A stretch of DNA of 32,016 bases from assembly GCA_041170085.1 (NCBI GenBank), contig JBEAZL010000171.1:1-32016 (forward strand). Direction: 5' to 3'. Shown one piece after another: positions 25,961 through 32,016 of the stretch. A program made the position numbers and the translations under genes. Source of the DNA: Bacteroidota bacterium. Lineage in GTDB: Bacteria > Bacteroidota > Bacteroidia > Flavobacteriales_D > Sanyastnellaceae. Each line of letters starts with the position of its first letter. Within the stretch, counting starts at the first letter, position 1. The notes beneath the pieces are model-generated. The model was not told where the DNA came from, searched no databases, and saw nothing but the letters and a program-made list of their open reading frames with translations.

Positions 25961-27505
25961 ATGTCAGAACATCAGAACAGTTCATCCGTGCGCAGGGAGA
26001 TGGTCAGCGGAGGAAGCTGGAATATGATCACCGTTGTGCTGCAGGTGATCATTCAGTTGGTTTACATGATGATCATGGTGCGCCTTCTCGATGTAGAGGC
26101 CTTCGCCGTGATGGGGGTTATCCTGGGGGTCCTTGGCTTCGCCGAGATATTCGCACAGGTTGGCGTAGGACCGGCTCTGATTCAGCGAAAAGAGGTGAAT
26201 CAGCAACACCTCAACGGAGCATTTTACACGGCTGTCATCATCGGTGCACTTTTCACATGTGCTTTTCTGATCTCTGCCGACTGGCTCGGGAAAATATACC
26301 AGATGCCCGATCTGGGGCCCGTAATGAGAGTGGTATGTTTCAGCTTCATCATTTCTGCACTGGGCGCCGTTCCGCGATCCATGATGTTTAAAAGAATGAA
26401 GTTCAAATCATTCTTTCTGGCCAGCATGATCTCGATTGTCGGCGGAAACCTGATCGTTGGACTTGCACTGGCCTGGATGGGCTATGGGATCTGGGCATAT
26501 GCATGGGCCCTGTTCGCACAGAATGTACTGATGACCCTTGCCTATTGGTGGTTCGAACCCGTGACGATAACCAGACGCTGGGAATGGAAAAGTGTAAACG
26601 AACTGATGGGCTATGGCGCAGGCAGTTCCCTTTTTAATGCTCTGAACTATCTCGCCACGCGCATTGATGTCACTATTCTACCCATGTTCTTCGCTTACTG
26701 GAGAACCTATCCTTCCGCTGTGGCACAATTTCAGGCCGGACTATATGAAAGGTCAGCCTATGTGATGGGGCTCCCCATAACAGTCATGGGAAAGCTTTCG
26801 GACAGTGTGCTCTTTAGCGGATTGTCAAGGATACAGGAAGACCCGGGTGCCCTGAAAAAAGCCATGCTGCGGGGTACATCGCTCATGGCCATGATTATTA
26901 TTCCTGCATCAATCTTCGTAATGTTCTGGTCGGCCGAAATTCTGACAGTCTTTTTAGGAGAGCGATATGCTGAAGCATCCCTGACCCTGCAATTCCTCTT
27001 TCTGGCTGTTATTTTCAGAACCATTGCCCGAATCAGCGATGCCATGGTCAGGGCGCTGAATGCAGTGTACCGTGCCTCGGTAATCAAAATAGTGTACTGT
27101 GCGCTGATTGCCGCAGGTGTAATCATCTTCTCAGCCACTGACAAAGAACATGTGGCGGCAGCCATCGGTCTTGCAACATTCATTCACCTTGTCATGAATA
27201 CTGCCCTGTCCATGAAGCTGGTGGCATTCAGCTGGAAAGAGTTCATGCTGGCACAAATTCCCGCATTGTTCCTTTCAGCATTGATTCTGGCACAATGTTT
27301 TGTACTTCACTGGCTGGGTAATCAAATCAGTGAAAATCCAATGCTTGTTTTCAGTTTTGCAACTCTTTCCATCGCGGCAATCACTTTCTGTCTTGTGTAC
27401 TTTCGCCCCGCCATATTGGGAGGCAAGGAATCTAATCCACTCGCCTATTTACCTGAACGAATGAAGAGAATGCCTGTTATCCGGACAATGGTAAATCGCA
27501 TATGA
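25961..27505 (+). CDS. Wzx-type oligosaccharide flippase / polysaccharide biosynthesis protein (MOP superfamily)
   Basis: 514-aa polytopic protein with about 12-14 TM helices. The N-terminal region VVLQVIIQLVYMMIMVRLLDVEAFAVMGV...GVGPALIQRKE is typical of the Polysacc_synt family. Confidence 0.8.
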   Translation: MSEHQNSSSVRREMVSGGSWNMITVVLQVIIQLVYMMIMVRLLDVEAFAVMGVILGVLGFAEIFAQVGVGPALIQRKEVNQQHLNGAFYTAVIIGALFTCAFLISADWLGKIYQMPDLGPVMRVVCFSFIISALGAVPRSMMFKRMKFKSFFLASMISIVGGNLIVGLALAWMGYGIWAYAWALFAQNVLMTLAYWWFEPVTITRRWEWKSVNELMGYGAGSSLFNALNYLATRIDVTILPMFFAYWRTYPSAVAQFQAGLYERSAYVMGLPITVMGKLSDSVLFSGLSRIQEDPGALKKAMLRGTSLMAMIIIPASIFVMFWSAEILTVFLGERYAEASLTLQFLFLAVIFRTIARISDAMVRALNAVYRASVIKIVYCALIAAGVIIFSATDKEHVAAAIGLATFIHLVMNTALSMKLVAFSWKEFMLAQIPALFLSALILAQCFVLHWLGNQISENPMLVFSFATLSIAAITFCLVYFRPAILGGKESNPLAYLPERMKRMPVIRTMVNRI

Positions 27506-28203
27506 AAAACACGGGGCTATACCTTCTCACTGCTTTTCTGATGATCTGGACGAACGCCATATCTCAATCCGGCACCGTGCTTAATTTGTCCGCTCCGGAC
27601 AGCTGTGCATTTCTGCTGAATCTGAATGACCAACCGGCGAATTCAATTTACTCGTCGTCCATCACACTTCACGGACTGCAGGCTGGTAAAACAACGTTGA
27701 CGGTAAGGTTTATGAATCCGGTCCTGTCCGAAATAAAAAGTTCAGTCACGCTGAAACCCGGAATACGACACAACTTTTATGTTCAACCGGGAAATGCGGG
27801 ATTGAAGATCATATCCCTTGATGAATACCCGGTAAAACTCATCGAGTTTCAGAAGCCCGACAGCATAGAGTTGGCTTCCCCGTCTGTCGGCTACACAGGA
27901 GTTACCGGCTGCTCCGCTCCTATTGATGATGCAGATTTCGATAACCTCATGGGCGATGTGCTCGAAACTCCTTTTCAAAATGCCAAATTGAGCCTGCTTT
28001 CCCAGATCGTTTCCAGTCATTGTCTCGAAACCAGCCAGCTCACTGAGGCTCTGGGCATGCTCGACCTTGAAGAACATCGGATGCAGTTGATGGAAACAGC
28101 AACAGGACACATCTTCGATCTGGAGCGTTCATCATCCCTGGAAGACCTGTTTTTCCTGGAATCCAGCAAGCAAAGAATCAGGTTGCTGCTGGGAAACAAG
28201 TAG
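27502..28203 (+). CDS. Secreted DUF4476-like protein
   Basis: Signal peptide MKNTGLYLLTAFLMIWTNAISQ. The C-terminal DADFDNLMGDVLETPFQNAKLSLLSQIVSSHCLETSQLTEALGMLDLEEHRMQLMETA fits my memory of the DUF4476 pattern. ATGA overlap with the flippase stop. Confidence 0.55.
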   Translation: MKNTGLYLLTAFLMIWTNAISQSGTVLNLSAPDSCAFLLNLNDQPANSIYSSSITLHGLQAGKTTLTVRFMNPVLSEIKSSVTLKPGIRHNFYVQPGNAGLKIISLDEYPVKLIEFQKPDSIELASPSVGYTGVTGCSAPIDDADFDNLMGDVLETPFQNAKLSLLSQIVSSHCLETSQLTEALGMLDLEEHRMQLMETATGHIFDLERSSSLEDLFFLESSKQRIRLLLGNK

Positions 28204-28293
28204 CATCCGGCCAGGGGCTTTTTTTAGCATTTTTGAGGGTAGCTGACCTGCCGTTCTGTGGTAATTTCGCGGCCCAGACGCAAATCCACACAC

Positions 28294-29358
28294 ATGATTC
28301 ACAACTTTAGTGCAGGCCCAAGTATCCTTCCGAAAGAAGTACTCGAACAGGCTGCTGCAGCCGTCATCAATTTTAACGGTACAGGTCTTTCTCTGATTGA
28401 AATGTCGCACCGTTCCAAGCCTTTCGAGGCTGTTATGGACGAAGCCAGACAATTGGTGAAAGATATCCTTGGTATGCCGGACAGGTACGAGATTCTGTTC
28501 TTGCAGGGAGGCGCAACATTGGGATTTTATACTTCGGCCATTAACCTGCTTCCAGAAGGTGGCAGGGCAGCATACACGAATACAGGTGTATGGGCTTCCG
28601 GCGCCATTAAAGAAGCCAAATTACTCGGGCAGATTGATGTGGTCGGAGACAGCTCTGACAAGAATCACAGCTATATCCCTGAAACCCGTGTGGAGGGCGA
28701 TTACAGTTATTTCCACTATACCTCCAATAACACCATTTTCGGTACTCAGTACCAGTACACTCCAGAGGTGAAGGTTCCGCTGGTGTGCGATATGAGCTCC
28801 GATATTTTCTCGAGAAAATTCGACGCCTCAAAGTTTACGCTCATATATGCCGGTGCTCAGAAGAATATGGGCCCGGCCGGAACCGTGCTCTACATCGTGG
28901 ATAAGGAAGCGTTGGGCAAGACGGGCAGGAAACTCCCGACCTACCTCGATCTGGCAGCCCATATAAGCAAGGACTCGATGCTGAACACACCACCTGTATT
29001 TGCTGTTTATGCAAGCATGCTCACTCTGCGCTGGATCAAAAACAACGGTGGCCTCGAAGGAATGGAAATCCAGAATCGCGCCAAAAAAGATTTGTTCTAT
29101 GCTGAACTGGACCGGAATAGTTTGTTCCACGGACATAGTGTCGAGAAAGACCGATCATGGATGAATGCCACATTCAGACTGAATGATGAAAGCCATGCAG
29201 CAGAATTCGACAAGATGTGGAAAGATGCAGGTATCAGCGGTATCGCCGGACACAGATCTGTAGGCGGCTACAGGGCTTCCATGTACAACGCTCTGCCTAT
29301 CGAAAGCGTGCAGGTCCTTGTTGATGTGATGAAAGAATTTGAACGTATCAAAGGTTAA
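28294..29358 (+). CDS. serC: 3-phosphoserine / phosphohydroxythreonine aminotransferase
   Basis: The ATG at 28294 gives MIHNFSAGPSILPKEVLEQAA (compare E. coli SerC IFNFSSGPAMLP). Further motifs: SHRSKPF, FLQGGATLGF, YAGAQKN (PLP Lys) and GGYRASMYNA. Confidence 0.95.
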   Translation: MIHNFSAGPSILPKEVLEQAAAAVINFNGTGLSLIEMSHRSKPFEAVMDEARQLVKDILGMPDRYEILFLQGGATLGFYTSAINLLPEGGRAAYTNTGVWASGAIKEAKLLGQIDVVGDSSDKNHSYIPETRVEGDYSYFHYTSNNTIFGTQYQYTPEVKVPLVCDMSSDIFSRKFDASKFTLIYAGAQKNMGPAGTVLYIVDKEALGKTGRKLPTYLDLAAHISKDSMLNTPPVFAVYASMLTLRWIKNNGGLEGMEIQNRAKKDLFYAELDRNSLFHGHSVEKDRSWMNATFRLNDESHAAEFDKMWKDAGISGIAGHRSVGGYRASMYNALPIESVQVLVDVMKEFERIKG

Positions 29359-29365
29359 TGTCAAG

Positions 29366-30337
29366 ATGAAAATACTCGCCAACGACGGTATAGATGCAGC
29401 CGGTAAAAATGCGTTGCAGGAACTCGGCTACACAGTTCTTACAGACAAAGTTTCTCAGGAAGAGCTGGCATCTTTTATTGTAAAAGAAAACGTAATCGGA
29501 CTTTTGGTCAGGAGCGCCACTACTGCACGGAAAGAACTGATAGATACATGCGCAGGAACTCTCCGGTTTATCGGACGTGGCGGAGTGGGCATCGACAACA
29601 TTGATAAAGATTATGCTGAAAGCAAGGGCATCCGTGTGTTCAATACACCTGGTGCCAGCAGCCAGAGTGTAGCCGAGCTGGTTATGTCGCTCATGTTTGC
29701 CTCTGCACGATTCACCTATCAGTCCGGTGCAAACATGTCTTCAAGGGGCAACACTGAATTTGATAAACTGAAAAAAGATTTTTCAAAAGGAATTGAGCTG
29801 CGTGGCAAAACCCTTGGCATCATTGGTTTTGGCAAGATTGGCAGATCATTGGCCTCTTATGCGCTCGGATGCGGAATGAACGTGCTGGCATTCGATGTTT
29901 ATACACCTGAAAGCTCAGAGGTTGAAGTAACGGTCGGTACGCAAACGCTACGTATCCATGTGCCTATGGAAGCGATGGAGACTGTTCTGCAAAAAAGTGA
30001 TTTTGTATCGCTTCACGTGCCAAAGCAAAAAGACGGATCAGCCGTGATCGGAGAGGCTCAGCTGGCCATGATGAAAAAGGGTGCGGTAATCATCAACTCC
30101 TCCCGTGGCGGAGTTGTGCATGAAGATGCTCTGATAGCCAGCCTCAACAGTGGCCACCTGCGTATGGCTGCCCTCGATGTATTCGAAAAAGAGCCTACTC
30201 CTCGTCAGGACCTGTTAGCTCATCCGCTGGTAATAAGCACCCCTCACATCGGCGCATCAACGCTCGAAGCTCAGGAAAGAATTGGTCTCGAGATTGCGGC
30301 AAGGGTGAAGGAAATCATGAGTGAAGTGCAAGCCTGA
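29366..30337 (+). CDS. serA: D-3-phosphoglycerate dehydrogenase, short form without ACT domain
   Basis: The ATG at 29366 gives MKILANDGID. NAD-binding motif GKTLGIIGFGKIGRS. Catalytic-region motifs INSSRGGVV, ALDVFEKEP and TPHIGAST. At about 323 aa it is too short to hold a C-terminal regulatory ACT domain. Confidence 0.9.
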   Translation: MKILANDGIDAAGKNALQELGYTVLTDKVSQEELASFIVKENVIGLLVRSATTARKELIDTCAGTLRFIGRGGVGIDNIDKDYAESKGIRVFNTPGASSQSVAELVMSLMFASARFTYQSGANMSSRGNTEFDKLKKDFSKGIELRGKTLGIIGFGKIGRSLASYALGCGMNVLAFDVYTPESSEVEVTVGTQTLRIHVPMEAMETVLQKSDFVSLHVPKQKDGSAVIGEAQLAMMKKGAVIINSSRGGVVHEDALIASLNSGHLRMAALDVFEKEPTPRQDLLAHPLVISTPHIGASTLEAQERIGLEIAARVKEIMSEVQA

Positions 30338-30339
30338 AC

Positions 30340-31566
30340 ATGGCCAGGGCTAAACCTTTTTCAGCTATCCGTCCGACCCGCGACAAAGTGCATCTAGTCG
30401 CCTCAAGGTCTTATGTGAGCTATTCCGCAGCGCAATTGCGCAAAAAGCTTCACGATAATCCATTCTCATTTCTGCACATCATCCACCCCGACATGGGGTC
30501 GAAGAAGATGCACAAACTTCCGCTGGAGGAGCGCTTTCAGCTGGTGCGTCGCAAGTACGAATCCTTTATTCAGGAATCGATCCTCACGCGCGATAGCCAG
30601 CCTTGTTATTATCTGTACAGCCAGGTTAAAAAAGGGCATCGCTTCACCGGAATCATTGCCGCTGTTTCCATCGACGATTACTTGTCAGGCCATATCCGTA
30701 TTCACGAACAGACCTTGTCCAAGCGGCAGGAATTGTTCACCACTTATCTTGAGAACACTGCTATCAACGCCGAACCCGTGCTGCTCATCGGTGAAAAATC
30801 TCATGTCCTTGACGGGATTTTTCAGCGTTACATGCAGAAAAGGCCGGAATATGATTTTACCCAGATGACCCGCGTGCAGCATCAGCTCTGGGTCATCGAC
30901 GAGCCTGAAGATACAGCCGCCATCGAGCGGGCATTCGACGGAATGTCGAACCTGTACATTGCCGACGGTCACCATCGCAGTGCTTCAAGTGCCGCACTCT
31001 GTCTGAAAAAACGAAAAGAAAATCCCGATTATAACGGAAGGGAACCCTGGAACTACTTCCTGAGTTACATACTGGATGAGTCCAATGTCCGTATCTACGA
31101 ATTCAACAGATTGGTTTCGTCACTCAACGGACTAAGCGATTATGATTTTTTTGACTTGCTGGGCGAAAAGTTTCTGGTCAATGAGACCTCGCCTCTGGCC
31201 AGACCTTGCGCAAAAGGTGAGTTTGTTATGTATTTCAGCAAGAAATGGTACTCCCTCCGACTAAGAAACAATGATTCACAGCCACTGGATGCCCAGGTTT
31301 TATCAGATCATATTCTCGACCCGATATTAGGCATTAAAGACCTCAAAAAAGACAAGAGGATATCGTTTCTGGAAGGTCCACAGGGACTTGAATCCATGCA
31401 GCATCTGGTCGATAAGGGCAAGTACAAGGTAGCCTTTGCACTTCATCCCGTTGCCATAGAAGAACTGAAACGAATCGCAGACAACAACGACTCAATGCCT
31501 CCAAAGAGTACCTGGATAGAGCCTAAACTCCGAAGCGGACTTGTTATCTACGATCTGGCAGAATGA
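30340..31566 (+). CDS. DUF1015 family protein (uncharacterised)
   Basis: 408 aa. N-terminal PFSAIRP, then YYLY, IHEQT, and the YIADGHHR motif I associate with DUF1015 (COG4198). It starts 2 nt after the serA stop. Confidence 0.75.
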   Translation: MARAKPFSAIRPTRDKVHLVASRSYVSYSAAQLRKKLHDNPFSFLHIIHPDMGSKKMHKLPLEERFQLVRRKYESFIQESILTRDSQPCYYLYSQVKKGHRFTGIIAAVSIDDYLSGHIRIHEQTLSKRQELFTTYLENTAINAEPVLLIGEKSHVLDGIFQRYMQKRPEYDFTQMTRVQHQLWVIDEPEDTAAIERAFDGMSNLYIADGHHRSASSAALCLKKRKENPDYNGREPWNYFLSYILDESNVRIYEFNRLVSSLNGLSDYDFFDLLGEKFLVNETSPLARPCAKGEFVMYFSKKWYSLRLRNNDSQPLDAQVLSDHILDPILGIKDLKKDKRISFLEGPQGLESMQHLVDKGKYKVAFALHPVAIEELKRIADNNDSMPPKSTWIEPKLRSGLVIYDLAE

Positions 31567-32016
31567 GTACCATTCAGGAAAATATCATTCAGATCACCCG
31601 GGAACTTCCCCCACATGTGAAACTGGTTGCCGTCTCCAAAAAGCAGGATGCTTCGCGCATTCAGCAGGCTTATGACGCCGGGCAACGGGCATTCGGAGAG
31701 AATTATGTTCAGGAACTATGCAGCAAGGCCCCTGCCCTTCCATCCGATATCGAATGGCACTTCATCGGGCATCTGCAAACCAATAAGGTGAAGCAGGTAG
31801 TTGATGTAGCCACGTGGATTCATTCTGTGGACAGCATTAAAGTACTCAATGAAATCAGCAGGCAGGCGCAGAAAGCCGGAAAAAACATACAATGTCTTCT
31901 TCAGATGCATATTGCCAGAGAAGAGAGCAAGTTCGGTTTCGACGTGAATGAAGTAGAAGAAATGATGAAGGACCTCACCGGCAATCATTGGCCAAACGTT
32001 AACATCAGAGGTGTTA
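31563..32016 (+). CDS. yggS: YggS-family pyridoxal-phosphate homeostasis protein (5' part; runs off the window end)
   Basis: Not in the ORF track because there is no stop codon within the window. My translation from the ATG at 31563 is MSTIQENIIQITRELPPHVKLVAVSKKQDASRIQQAYDAGQRAFGENYVQEL...WHFIGHLQTNKVK...IHSVDS. It contains the YggS motifs AVSK (PLP Lys), FGENYVQE and WHFIGxLQxNK. ATGA overlap with the DUF1015 stop. Confidence 0.85.
   Translation, partial: MSTIQENIIQITRELPPHVKLVAVSKKQDASRIQQAYDAGQRAFGENYVQELCSKAPALPSDIEWHFIGHLQTNKVKQVVDVATWIHSVDSIKVLNEISRQAQKAGKNIQCLLQMHIAREESKFGFDVNEVEEMMKDLTGNHWPNVNIRGV

Noticed and set aside
28204-28240. A T-run (GGGGCTTTTTTT) after the DUF4476 gene that suggests an intrinsic terminator
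   Set aside because: I could not find a convincing complementary stem upstream of the T-run, so I did not call a terminator.
1-32016. Genomic island, mobile element or defence system
   Set aside because: There is no integrase, transposase, recombinase, tRNA boundary, direct-repeat flank, restriction/modification, toxin-antitoxin, Cas or nuclease-NTPase pairing. Composition looks uniform by eye, and nearly all genes belong to housekeeping or envelope families.

Overview
This is a dense chromosomal segment with about 31 CDS, and the longest intergenic gap is about 175 nt. It looks like core genome of a Bacteroidota bacterium. The pointers are rny directly after zapA, a Lys/Ala-repeat histone-H1-like protein, DUF4476-, DUF2279- and DUF1015-type proteins, no obvious Shine-Dalgarno sequences, and TAnnTTTG-type -7 boxes.

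Gene content, left to right:
- An overlapping SDR39U1-like / photolyase / family III CoA-transferase operon.
- A minus-strand polysaccharide-export operon: wza, wzc, rfbC, a WecA/MraY-family transferase and an SLT lytic transglycosylase.
- A coupled CoA-binding protein and GNAT pair, then mltG.
- Two tandem hybrid sensor kinases.
- A DUF2279-like protein, a histone-H1-like protein, a secreted EEP nuclease/phosphatase and a MORN-like secreted protein.
- An orphan family-5 solute-binding lipoprotein, a eukaryote-like ACMSD decarboxylase and an M23 peptidase.
- A coiled-coil protein, zapA and rny.
- A C2-like lipoprotein, then a Wzx-type flippase coupled to a DUF4476 protein.
- serC, serA, DUF1015 and a partial yggS.

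Seven gene junctions are overlaps of 1 to 4 nt (ATGA or TGATG), which suggests translational coupling. I saw no rRNA, tRNA, CRISPR array, transposase, integrase, toxin or recognisable defence gene, and no unexplained non-coding stretch.

I cannot identify a convincing discrete novel system. The best leads are:
- the kinase pair, where the second member has a decayed ATP-binding domain and a Gly-substituted second receiver;
- the serC-serA-DUF1015-yggS module;
- the flippase-DUF4476 pair with the neighbouring C2-like lipoprotein.

All calls rest on motif recognition by eye. No searches were run.
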